A stretch of DNA of 64,000 bases from Acidimicrobiia bacterium (GTDB lineage: Bacteria > Actinomycetota > Acidimicrobiia > Spongiisociales > Spongiisociaceae). Both the position numbers and the translations under genes were made by a program. A model generated the notes under the pieces. The model made no database searches, was not told where the DNA came from, and saw only the letters and a list, made by a program, of their open reading frames with translations. The stretch is taken from assembly GCA_041576165.1 (NCBI GenBank), contig JBFGLM010000023.1, forward strand, positions 13,364 to 77,363, read 5' to 3'. Below, piece after piece: positions 40,953-49,812 of this stretch (positions within the stretch are counted from its first letter, which is position 1; every line of letters starts with the position of its first letter).

Positions 40953-43160
40953 ATGCGACGCGCTGGTTTCACGGGCCGATTGGCGCGCGGCGCTGCGCTG
41001 CGACCCTGGTGGACGATTGGTGCCTGGGTCGTGACCGTGGCAGCCGCCATCGCGCTACTCCCGGGCCTGGGTGACGTACTGACTGAAGAGGGGGAGCTGA
41101 CCGTTGAGACCGAGTCAGAACGAGCCCAGAACCTATACGCAGATCACTTTGCGACCGACATGCCCGAACAGGAGTTTGTGTTGGTCGAAAGCGAGATCGT
41201 CCGAGTCGATGATCCTGAATTCGCCACCTTTCTCGACGGTCTGGTTGCTGAACTGCGCAGCCTCGAGACGGTGATATCGGCCGTTTCGGCTCGAGACGGG
41301 GTGCCGGGGCTGACGTCAACTGATCTGAGTGTTGCGCTGATCCCCGTCACCGTTTCTACCGAAGGCGAATTCGTCGATATGGCGGAACCGGTGATCGAAG
41401 CCGTTGCGAGGGCCGATGAGCATCCGGACTTCCGCGTGACGACCTTCGGCATCGGGTCGGTGCTTTCTGAATTCAACAATCTGGCAGAAGATACCCTGCG
41501 TCGAGGTGAAACGCTGGGTGTGCCGATCGCGGCATTGATCCTGATTGTGGTGTTCGGCGCGGTCGTCTCAGCCGTCGTACCTCTCGTGCTAGCAGCTGTG
41601 GCCATACTGTTGGCGCTTGGTATGACCGTCGCCGTCGGCCAGGCATTCGACCTCTCCATCTTCGTCGTCAACATGATCACGATGATCGGTCTCGCCGTCG
41701 GCATCGACTACTCGTTGCTGGTCGTGCAGCGGTTCCGGGAGGAACGGGCAAAGGGCCATGAGTTGATCGAAGCCATCGAACGATCCGGTGATTCGGCCAC
41801 GAGGGCCATCTTCTTCTCGGGCATGACCGTGGTAGTCGCGTTGACGGGGTTGCTGTACATGCCGGACACGATCATGCGAAGCCTCGGAATAGGAGCAATT
41901 CTGGTCGTCCTTGCGGCTGTAGCCGCCGGGCTGACACTGCTCCCGGCCGTGCTCGGACTGCTCGGTGATCGGGTGAATCGTCTGAAGGTTCCATTTCTTG
42001 CCGGAACGTCATACCACGCGGGAGGTGGAAGGTTCTGGCACACGATCACGCGCGCGGTGACCGCCAGGCCGGTCCTGAGCATGCTGGCGGCCTCGGCCTT
42101 GCTGCTCGCCGCTGCCTCTCCATTTCTCACGCTGCGGACGGGTCAGAACTTCATCGAGTCGCTGCCCGACGACAGCAACGCGGTCCACGCTTTCGAGGTC
42201 CTCAATGCGGAATTCGAGACCGGCGCGATCATCACTCAGATCGCCATCGAAGCCGACCCCGCAGACCCGGCGGTGGGCGCAGCGATCGAACGCCTGGCCA
42301 CCGCGTTGGATGCCGACCCGGCCTACGGCGAGGTCATGGCCAGTCCAAGTCCGGATGGAGCCCTCGTGGTCATCGACGCCGTCACAAAGCTCGATCCGTC
42401 GACCGTCGAGGCGCGGGAAGCGGTCGAGGTTCTCCGAACCGAGACAATTCCCGCCGCTCTCCAGGGAACCGATCTCAACGCGTTGGTGACCGGCGACGCG
42501 GCGTGGACGGTCGATTACGTCTCGGTCATCAATGGTCGGACACCATTGATCTTCGTTTTCGTGCTCGGTCTCAGCTTCGTGGTGCTGATGCTCGTGTTCC
42601 GGTCGATCGTTGTGCCGCTGAAGGCGATCATCATGAACCTGCTGTCCGTTGGCGCCGCCTACGGGGTGTTGGTCCTTGTCTTCCAGCACGGCGTGGGTGC
42701 CGACCTGTTCGGCTTCAGGCGAACCGATGTCATCGAAGCTTGGATACCGCTCTTCCTCTTCGCCGTCTTGTTCGGCTTGTCGATGGACTATCACATCTTT
42801 CTGTTGAGCCGGATCAAGGAGCGTTACGACTTGACTCGGATCAACGATGAGTCGGTGGCGTTCGGCCTCGGCTCGACCGGAGCCATCATCACTGGGGCAG
42901 CGCTCATCATGGTTGCGGTCTTCGGAGGCTTCGCAGCCGGGGACTTGGTCATGTTCCAGCAAATGGGCTTTGGCCTTGCTTTGGCGGTGATACTCGATGC
43001 GACGATCGTTCGCTCGGTCTTGGTGCCGGCCACAATGAAACTTCTCGGCGACCGCAACTGGTACTTTCCGCGATGGCTCGAGTGGCTACCCGAGATCCAC
43101 ATCGAAGGCCGCCCCGAGCCCGTCGAGCCTCTGGAGCTCGATTGGGAAACACCCGTCTGA
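40953..43160 (+). CDS. MMPL family transporter
   Basis: GLAVGIDYSL...RFREE, FGLSMDYH.FLLSRIKE, TG.IITGAALIM, LLGDRNW motifs. Confidence 0.93.
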   Translation: MRRAGFTGRLARGAALRPWWTIGAWVVTVAAAIALLPGLGDVLTEEGELTVETESERAQNLYADHFATDMPEQEFVLVESEIVRVDDPEFATFLDGLVAELRSLETVISAVSARDGVPGLTSTDLSVALIPVTVSTEGEFVDMAEPVIEAVARADEHPDFRVTTFGIGSVLSEFNNLAEDTLRRGETLGVPIAALILIVVFGAVVSAVVPLVLAAVAILLALGMTVAVGQAFDLSIFVVNMITMIGLAVGIDYSLLVVQRFREERAKGHELIEAIERSGDSATRAIFFSGMTVVVALTGLLYMPDTIMRSLGIGAILVVLAAVAAGLTLLPAVLGLLGDRVNRLKVPFLAGTSYHAGGGRFWHTITRAVTARPVLSMLAASALLLAAASPFLTLRTGQNFIESLPDDSNAVHAFEVLNAEFETGAIITQIAIEADPADPAVGAAIERLATALDADPAYGEVMASPSPDGALVVIDAVTKLDPSTVEAREAVEVLRTETIPAALQGTDLNALVTGDAAWTVDYVSVINGRTPLIFVFVLGLSFVVLMLVFRSIVVPLKAIIMNLLSVGAAYGVLVLVFQHGVGADLFGFRRTDVIEAWIPLFLFAVLFGLSMDYHIFLLSRIKERYDLTRINDESVAFGLGSTGAIITGAALIMVAVFGGFAAGDLVMFQQMGFGLALAVILDATIVRSVLVPATMKLLGDRNWYFPRWLEWLPEIHIEGRPEPVEPLELDWETPV

Positions 43161-43224
43161 AGTGGCGGGCCTCGGTGAGCGCCTGCCGGCGCAGGCCAGG
43201 CTAGGCCGTCGCCGCATCGGTGCC

Positions 43225-44121
43225 TCAGGTGCGTTCGGTCGCGGGGGCGATGATTGATTCGTCCCGACGCTGGCGCCGCGCCCGGACCTCGCGGCGGAGG
43301 ATGACGATGCCGCACACCATGACCACCGTGCTCACTATCGCCGCGATCGTCCCGGTGCTTCCTTCGGTGGCCACGGCCCAGTTGTAGGACGCATGCCAAA
43401 GCGCCACCATCAGAACGCTTTGGGAGGTTCGGTTGTAGAGCCAGGCCAGCACCACTGCTCCGCCCAGCGAGAGGCCCACAATCCAACCGAGGATCTCGAG
43501 GGCACCCATGTCGAGGAAGTTGTCGACGAAGAAGAACACAGGAAGGTGCCAGGCGGCCCACACCAACGCCACGAACCCGGTTGCCTCCAGCGGACGCATC
43601 CGGGTCTGAAGGTGGTCTTGGGCGTAGCCGCGCCAGCCGGTTTCTTCGCCTACGCCGTTCACCAACAGCAGCAACACCCATATGCCAAGTGGTCCAGCCG
43701 AGGGTAGGCCATTCAACCGTCCGAACTCTTCGAGCGTGGGAATGGTCGACCCAGTTGCCGCCGCAACCGGCAGAGCAGCCACCAGTAGCAGCAATGGTCC
43801 GACTGCGGCGACCGCAAACCACCACCATCCCACCCGCCAGCGAGTCATCCTCCCCGCCAATTCCACGAGCCCGGCCCGGCCGGTCACCAGCCAGGTCGTG
43901 ATCAGTGCCGCGAACATGGGCCCCGTCAGGCCGGGGAAGTGGCTGGTCCATGGCACGTCGATCAAGCCGTGATAGTCGAGTGCCATCGGGATCCAATACC
44001 CCCACGACAGCCCGTAGGCGAGCACCAAATAGCAAGCCAGCGGATGCGCCCTGATCCGATTCCGGATCGACCAGGCCGCAGGGGCCGTACTGCGATCGGT
44101 ACTGGATGTATCCACGCTCAC
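43225..44121 (-). CDS. CPBP (CAAX protease II/Abi) family intramembrane metalloprotease
   Basis: GEETGWRGY, WAAWHLP, ALWHASYN motifs. Confidence 0.9.
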   Translation of the reverse strand: MSVDTSSTDRSTAPAAWSIRNRIRAHPLACYLVLAYGLSWGYWIPMALDYHGLIDVPWTSHFPGLTGPMFAALITTWLVTGRAGLVELAGRMTRWRVGWWWFAVAAVGPLLLLVAALPVAAATGSTIPTLEEFGRLNGLPSAGPLGIWVLLLLVNGVGEETGWRGYAQDHLQTRMRPLEATGFVALVWAAWHLPVFFFVDNFLDMGALEILGWIVGLSLGGAVVLAWLYNRTSQSVLMVALWHASYNWAVATEGSTGTIAAIVSTVVMVCGIVILRREVRARRQRRDESIIAPATERT

Positions 44122-44328
44122 AGGCGCGCCTCCCGGGTCCAGCGGGCCGCCCCCATGGTCCGGTTATAGACCGGGCGTGAGAGTCTCAGCTCCATGACAC
44201 CGGAGCCGGGGATTGGTCGCTAGAGCCGCATGGCCCTGGTTTCGGGTTCGGTCTCAGCCGTGGCGGGCTCATCGAATCGAGCAGCGTGGATGTTGCGTTC
44301 ATGAACGGCGTGTCGCTCCCGGCGCTCC

Positions 44329-44640
44329 TCAGGCCGTAGGCGTGACGATCTGTTCGTTCATGACGTCCCGAAGCATGTCCATCGCGGCGGTGATCTTCTC
44401 CGAGGTGAGTCGATACAGGATCCGCTGGCCGTCCCTCCGGGTGCGGACCAGTCCCTTGTCGCGCAAGATGGCGAGGTGTTGTGACACGTTGGCCTGCGGC
44501 AACTCCAACGCATCGCAGATGTCGCTCACGGCCATCTCGCCGTTGCGGAGAGCATCGATGATCAGCAGCCGTTTGGGATCGGCGAGGCCTTTGCAGACGC
44601 TTGCGTGGAGCCTCATGAGTTCGTCGCGCGTCGCAGACAT
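44329..44640 (-). CDS. ArsR/SmtB family regulator, divergent from the sHdr operon
   Basis: LADPKRLLII..L..GEM.V, ANVSQHLAILR..GLV.TRRDG...YRL. Start moved to ATG 44640. Confidence 0.9.
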   Translation of the reverse strand: MSATRDELMRLHASVCKGLADPKRLLIIDALRNGEMAVSDICDALELPQANVSQHLAILRDKGLVRTRRDGQRILYRLTSEKITAAMDMLRDVMNEQIVTPTA

Positions 44641-44743
44641 GCCGACACTATGGCACATTCCGGGGCGTGCGCAGGAAACGACGCGCGGTGCCTGGCACGA
44701 ACTGTTTGACGGCGGCATGGTTTCACCCCATACTCAGCACCGG

Positions 44744-44775
44744 ACATATTCGTGTATATGCGTACACGCATATGT
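44744..44775. promoter_or_regulatory. 13-6-13 inverted repeat, candidate ArsR operator for the sHdr operon
   Basis: ACATATTCGTGTA-tatgcg-TACACGCATATGT (1 mismatch), AT-rich, about 60 bp upstream of tusA. Confidence 0.65.
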
Positions 44776-44834
44776 GCTCGTGGGTACGCTTGTAGGCAGC
44801 CTCTCGAGGCGGCCGCCATGAGGGAGGAGTAGCG

Positions 44835-45074
44835 GTGTCGGACATCCAAGTGGACAGCGTTCTCGACTGCACGGGCCTGCTCTGCCCGATCCCCGTCGTC
44901 AAGACATCGAAGGCGATCAAGGAGGTCGAAGTCGGCCAGATCCTCCAAATGATCGCCACCGATCCCGGCGCACCCCCCGACATGGAGGCGTGGTGCCGTC
45001 AAACCGGCCACGAAATGGTTGATTCCAAAACCGAAGATGGACAGTTCATTTTCTGGTTCCGCCGCACCGTGTAG
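44835..45074 (+). CDS. tusA: Sulfur carrier TusA
   Basis: LDCTGLLCPIP and ATDPGA..D..AWC..TGH motifs; GGAGGAG RBS. Confidence 0.92.
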   Translation: MSDIQVDSVLDCTGLLCPIPVVKTSKAIKEVEVGQILQMIATDPGAPPDMEAWCRQTGHEMVDSKTEDGQFIFWFRRTV

Positions 45075-45087
45075 CGAAGGAGGCGAT

Positions 45088-45642
45088 GTGACCGCTGCGC
45101 CAGACGAGATGATCAAGCAACTCCACGAGGCGGATGCCGCCGCCGAAGGTCTGCCGAAACAGAAGAGCTTGGCGCTGGTGGCGTCCAAGGGTGGCCTCGA
45201 CGAGGTGTACCCGGTGCTCATCATGGCGTCGACCGCCGGCGCGCTCGGCTGGGACACGCGGGTGTTCTGCACCTTCTACGGCCTCGACATGGTCAACAAG
45301 AAGCGCCAGAAGAAACTCAAGGTATCGGCCACGGGCAACGCCGCCTCGCCGCCGCCGATCAACGGGGTAGAGGTCCGCGTCCCCACCATCCTGGGCATGC
45401 TGCCCGGCATGAACTCGGTCGCGACGTGGATGATGAAGAAGTGGATGAAGGACTCCAACATCCCGAACTACGACGAGTTATTCGATCTGTGCCTGGAGTC
45501 AGGGGTCAAGTTCTACGCGTGTGCCACCACCATGGGTGTCATGAACGTCAACATGGAGGATGTCATCGACGAGGCATCCTGCTTGGGCGCAACTGCCTTC
45601 CTCGACTTCGCAGCGGAGGCCGATCTGGCCTTGTTTGTCTGA
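45088..45642 (+). CDS. dsrE2: DsrE2-like (DsrE/DsrF/DrsH) sulfurtransferase
   Basis: SKG.LD..YP.LIMAST, FCTFYGL, GVKFYACATTM, GATAFL..A.EAD..LF. GTG after AAGGAGG. Confidence 0.82.
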   Translation: MTAAPDEMIKQLHEADAAAEGLPKQKSLALVASKGGLDEVYPVLIMASTAGALGWDTRVFCTFYGLDMVNKKRQKKLKVSATGNAASPPPINGVEVRVPTILGMLPGMNSVATWMMKKWMKDSNIPNYDELFDLCLESGVKFYACATTMGVMNVNMEDVIDEASCLGATAFLDFAAEADLALFV

Positions 45643-45677
45643 GTCATTGCCTGATCCCAGCGTGAGAGGAGCAGCTC

Positions 45678-46046
45678 CTGGAAGGTGATCCCACGGTCGT
45701 CTACGTCCAGACCCACGGCGTCGACGAGCCATCCAAAACCGCAACGCCGTTCTATCTGGCCACTGCTGCGGCCGCGATGGACATGAACGTCTCAATCTAT
45801 TTCACGATGCACGGTGCCACGCTGCTGCGAAAAGGGGCGGGGGAGATCACCGTCAAGGAAGGCGGTGCGCCGCTCGAATCGTTCATCTCCCAGGCGCAGG
45901 ACATGGGTGTCCGGTTCCTGGTCTGCCAACCCTCGCTCGACCTCAACGACCTGGTCATGGAGGACCTGATCGAGGGCGTCGAGATGATCGGCGGAGCCGC
46001 CTTCGCCGATATGGCCGTTTCGGCGGATGCGGTGATCAGCTTCTGA
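45678..46046 (+). CDS. dsrE: DsrE family sulfurtransferase, probable CTG start
   Basis: DsrE pattern VVYVQTHG..E..K.ATPFYLATAAAAMD..VSIYFT..G...LVCQPS continues upstream of the track's ATG 45777. AGAGGAG lies 6 nt before CTG 45678; in-frame TGA at 45663. Confidence 0.8.
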   Translation: MEGDPTVVYVQTHGVDEPSKTATPFYLATAAAAMDMNVSIYFTMHGATLLRKGAGEITVKEGGAPLESFISQAQDMGVRFLVCQPSLDLNDLVMEDLIEGVEMIGGAAFADMAVSADAVISF

Positions 46047-46786
46047 TGTCGGCCGTCGCCCCTCCTGCGCTCTTCACGGCCGATCGGGGGGCGACGATCT
46101 CGCCCAACAGCTACCAAGACGTCGCCTACGAAGAGAAGCTGCGCCTGTGGGAAGAGGTCAAGGCCGATGCTCGGTTCCCGACCTACCTGTACGGCTGCTA
46201 CGAGTGCGGGATCTGTGTGGCGGCGTGCCCCTCTGCCCGCTTCTACGACTTCTCGCCCCGCAAGATCGCGCAGGCAGCCGGGCGCGAGGACGTCGAGTTG
46301 ATCTTCGAGCAGATGAACGACGATGTCTGGAACTGCTCTCAGTGCTTCTCGTGCAACCGCTGTCCCCGCGAGAACTCGCCCGGTGGGCTCATCACCATCC
46401 TGCGTGAGGTCGCCGTCAACAACGGCCTGGCGTCATCCAAGGAGGCGCTGGAGGGGTATTCCCGGATCGTCTACAAGATCATGACCACCGGGACCCAGGT
46501 CTCGCCCGACATGCTCCAGGCCGACGCCTTCCCGGACTGGGGCCCGGGCGTGGTCGACGTGTCCGACAACCTCGACCTGTGGCGCCGCGCCCTGCCCCCA
46601 GAGACCCTTCACACCACCTCCATGAGCTGGGAGGTGGGCCAGGAAACACTCACCGAGCTGTACCTGATCTGGCACTACAGCGGGGTGATGGACATGATCG
46701 CCGAGATCGACGAAGGCCTGCACATGATCATCATCGACGTCATGGAGGAAACCCTCGAGGACGCCGGCTACGACATCGAACTCTGA
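46046..46786 (+). CDS. shdrC1: Sulfur-oxidizing heterodisulfide reductase-like subunit C1
   Basis: CYECGICVAACP and CSQCFSCNRCP 2x[4Fe-4S] motifs; FPDWGP; position in the cluster. Confidence 0.88.
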   Translation: MSAVAPPALFTADRGATISPNSYQDVAYEEKLRLWEEVKADARFPTYLYGCYECGICVAACPSARFYDFSPRKIAQAAGREDVELIFEQMNDDVWNCSQCFSCNRCPRENSPGGLITILREVAVNNGLASSKEALEGYSRIVYKIMTTGTQVSPDMLQADAFPDWGPGVVDVSDNLDLWRRALPPETLHTTSMSWEVGQETLTELYLIWHYSGVMDMIAEIDEGLHMIIIDVMEETLEDAGYDIEL

Positions 46787-46797
46787 TAGGAGAAACG

Positions 46798-47982
46798 ATG
46801 AGCTTCATTCCCATCGATGCGCTGCGGACCAAACCGCTGCCGAAACCCGAGGACGCACCCACCCGGGACGTGCATGAGATTCTCGATGAGCTCGAAGCTG
46901 CCGGCGAACTGATCATCCACCGCGTCCCGGAACCCTACGTGGAGGTCATGACCAAGTACGGGCGGACGAAGAAGATCCCCGAGCAGATGACGTGGCATCA
47001 CAAGTCGTGCGGCCAGTGCGGGCACATCCCGGGCTATTCCACCGCGATCTTCTGGCTGAACCGCGCGTTCGGGTTCGACTACGACGACCCAACTGACCAG
47101 ACGTCGTGCACGGCATGGAACTACTACGCGTCGGCTACGTCGAACGCGGCCGCCCAAGCCGGGGTGGCCATGCGCAACTTCGCGGCCGCATATGACACCG
47201 GGTACTTCCCAGTCATTCACTGCGGCACTTCGTATGGCCACTACAAAGAAGTACGGGAAGAGCTCATTCACCACGACGACCTGCGGGCCCAGGTCCGCGA
47301 CATCATGGCCAAGCTGGGCAAGCCGCTGGTCATGCCGGAAGAGATCGTGCACTATTCGGAGTGGGTGCACGCCATGCGCGGCCGCATCGCCGAGCGCCAG
47401 GTCCTCGATTTCTCCGACATCACGGCCACCGTCCACCCGGCCTGCCATTACTACAAACTGGTGCAGGAAGACGCCATCTACGACCCCGACCTCTACGGCG
47501 GCGAACGTACCGCCACTGTCTCGGCGCTGGTCGAAGCGCTGGGAGCCACCGTCGGGGACTACTCGACGTTCTTCGACTGCTGCGGGTTCGGCTTCCGCCA
47601 CATCTTGGTCGAGCGGGATTTCACGCGGTCCTTCGCCACCCAACGCAAGATCGAGGTCATGAAGGAAGAGGCCAACCCCGACGTCGTGCTCACCCACGAC
47701 ACGGGCTGCGTGACCACACTCGACAAGAGCCAGTTCGCCGCCCAGGCCCACGAGAAGAACGTAGGGATTCCCGTCATGTCGGACGCCCAGTTCGCTGCCC
47801 TGGCCATGGGCGCCCATCCCTACCGGGTGTGCCAGCTCCACTGGCACACCACCGACTACACCCCGCTGCTGGAGAAGATGGGCATCGACTGGCAGGCGGC
47901 CTGGGCCGAGTTCGAGGAGGACATCGGGCGGCTCCAGCGCAACGAGATCGAGTACTTGAGCTGGGAGGACGTTGGTGTCTGA
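46798..47982 (+). CDS. shdrB1: sHdr subunit B1 (CCG domains)
   Basis: HKSCGQCGHIPGY, DQTSCTAWNY, HCGTS, HPACHY, DCCGFGFRH, HDTGC. ATG after AGGAGA. Confidence 0.9.
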   Translation: MSFIPIDALRTKPLPKPEDAPTRDVHEILDELEAAGELIIHRVPEPYVEVMTKYGRTKKIPEQMTWHHKSCGQCGHIPGYSTAIFWLNRAFGFDYDDPTDQTSCTAWNYYASATSNAAAQAGVAMRNFAAAYDTGYFPVIHCGTSYGHYKEVREELIHHDDLRAQVRDIMAKLGKPLVMPEEIVHYSEWVHAMRGRIAERQVLDFSDITATVHPACHYYKLVQEDAIYDPDLYGGERTATVSALVEALGATVGDYSTFFDCCGFGFRHILVERDFTRSFATQRKIEVMKEEANPDVVLTHDTGCVTTLDKSQFAAQAHEKNVGIPVMSDAQFAALAMGAHPYRVCQLHWHTTDYTPLLEKMGIDWQAAWAEFEEDIGRLQRNEIEYLSWEDVGV

Positions 47983-49033
47983 ACGGGTCCTCATCATCGG
48001 CGGTGGACCGGCCGGGCTCGAAGCGGCTCGCCTGGCCGCGCAGCTCGGTGCGCGGGTGACGGTCATCGAGAAGGACGGGGCCCTGGGCGGCCGGCCGATC
48101 TCGGAGAGTTACGCCGCGCTCACTCACGGGTTCCAGTCGGCGGAGGAATTGACCAACAGCCTGATCGACGCCGCCACCCGCCAGCCGGGAGTCGAGGTCC
48201 GGCTCGGCTCGCAGGTCACTGCCGTGGGTGGATCCGCCGGGTCGTTCGACGTCACGGTCAGCTCCGACGGCGGCGACGCCCAGATGGACGCCGGCGCCAT
48301 CATCGTGGCCACGGGCTTCACGCACTTCGATCCCGGGCGTGAGACCCAGCAGTACGGGTACTACGAGTTCCCGGATGTGATCGGCATCCACGACGCGGAG
48401 AAGATGCTGAAGGATCATGCGTTCGTGACCCCCTCCACCGGCAAGGCGCCGGAACGGGTCGCCTTCATCCAGTGTGTCGGCTCGCGCGACCGCCAGATCG
48501 GCAACGAGTACTGCTCGAAGGTGTGCTGCGGGATCTCGTCCAAGCAAGCGATCGAAGTCCGCCAGCAGGTCCCCGAATCGCGCGTGTTCATCTTCTACAT
48601 CGACATGCGGATGTACGGCTACTGGGAGAACGAGATCTACTGGCCGGCGCAGGAGCAGCATCGCGTCAACTACGTGAAAGGCATCGTCACCGAGATTCTG
48701 TCCAAAAATGGCCGCCTGCTCATACGAGGCGAAGACACCACCATGGGCCGGCCCATGGAGGTCCCGATGGACGTGGTGGTGCTGGCGGTCGGGATGGAAC
48801 CGTCGCAGGGCACCCGCCAAATGGCCGAGGTTCTCGGCCTGGCGACCAACAAGTACGGGTTCATCGAGACTGTGCACGACACCCTCGATACGGTGTCGAC
48901 CGCGGCTCCCGGCATCTACGTGTGCGGGGCGGCCACCGGCCCCGCCGATCTCGACGATACGATCTCCTCGGCCGGTGCCGCCGCCGGTAAAGCGGTCGCC
49001 TACCTGCGCGCAGCAGTGGGAGCGCCCGCTTGA
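47975..49033 (+). CDS. shdrA: sHdr subunit A (short FAD/[4Fe-4S] HdrA)
   Basis: IGGGPAG, ATGF, QCVGSRDR, YCSKVCC, FYIDMR, GIYVCG motifs; lacks the ferredoxin inserts of methanogen HdrA. Confidence 0.9.
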   Translation: MSERVLIIGGGPAGLEAARLAAQLGARVTVIEKDGALGGRPISESYAALTHGFQSAEELTNSLIDAATRQPGVEVRLGSQVTAVGGSAGSFDVTVSSDGGDAQMDAGAIIVATGFTHFDPGRETQQYGYYEFPDVIGIHDAEKMLKDHAFVTPSTGKAPERVAFIQCVGSRDRQIGNEYCSKVCCGISSKQAIEVRQQVPESRVFIFYIDMRMYGYWENEIYWPAQEQHRVNYVKGIVTEILSKNGRLLIRGEDTTMGRPMEVPMDVVVLAVGMEPSQGTRQMAEVLGLATNKYGFIETVHDTLDTVSTAAPGIYVCGAATGPADLDDTISSAGAAAGKAVAYLRAAVGAPA

Positions 49034-49812
49034 GCGGAGCTTCCTTTTACTCCGGGCAGGTTGTCGACACTCCCACTGCCAGGGAGTTCACAACCCTCGC
49101 CCTGGAGCGGGTGAGCCGGGAGGAGCTGAGCGACATCGCCGGATTGCTCGAGCGCAAGGCCGCCGCGTTCCAGACGATTCTCGACCCTTCCCGCCTCGAC
49201 CGGATGTCCGAAGCCGACGCCAGGGCGTTGCTGCGTTCCGTGTTCGCAGCTCGCCGCCGCCATCGGGTGATTCTCGACACCGTGACCCTGGACGGGTTCA
49301 TCCGGCTGACCCGGGATCTGCTGACCGGCCCCGGGGAGCCGGGGGAGCGGCTGGAACGGTTCCACGCGACGATCGCCGCCATCGGACGAGACGTCCATCC
49401 CCAGGTCGGTTTCGACCTCGGCAGCAGCCTGCTCCATTTCTCCGATCCCGACCGGCATTGGCTGTGGACCCGATGGATGTGGGACCCGGACGCCGAGACC
49501 GGATCGCTGCCGCTGATTGTGACCGAAGAGGTCGATCTGGACGGCCCCGATGTTGCCGAGACCTACCGGCGGATCGGGATCGCCATGGCCTTCATCAACG
49601 ACGTGGGTGAGGCTGCCGAATTCCGACCCCAGGGTCACGGCGTCTTCGACACCGACGTGTTCCTCGCGACCGTGTACGCCATTTACATGTACACGACCCT
49701 GCGGATGCGCATGACCCAGGAGTTCAACCAGGTCGTGCCGCAGCTGCCGGAACTGCTGCGCCGTCTGCTCGGAGTCCATCGATCGCCACTTCTCGAGGAG
49801 CAGCCCGCGTGA
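49030..49812 (+). CDS. shdrH: sHdrH (conserved hypothetical subunit between shdrA and shdrC2)
   Basis: Canonical position; LLHF.DPDRHWLWTRWMWD....TG.LPL and C-terminal RRLLGV. Confidence 0.78.
   Translation: MSGASFYSGQVVDTPTAREFTTLALERVSREELSDIAGLLERKAAAFQTILDPSRLDRMSEADARALLRSVFAARRRHRVILDTVTLDGFIRLTRDLLTGPGEPGERLERFHATIAAIGRDVHPQVGFDLGSSLLHFSDPDRHWLWTRWMWDPDAETGSLPLIVTEEVDLDGPDVAETYRRIGIAMAFINDVGEAAEFRPQGHGVFDTDVFLATVYAIYMYTTLRMRMTQEFNQVVPQLPELLRRLLGVHRSPLLEEQPA

Noticed and set aside
45426-45680. Selenocysteine readthrough of TGA 45663 into dsrE
   Set aside because: The upstream frame is a shadow of dsrE2, the TGA is not at a Cys-equivalent position, and RBS plus CTG explains the gene more simply.
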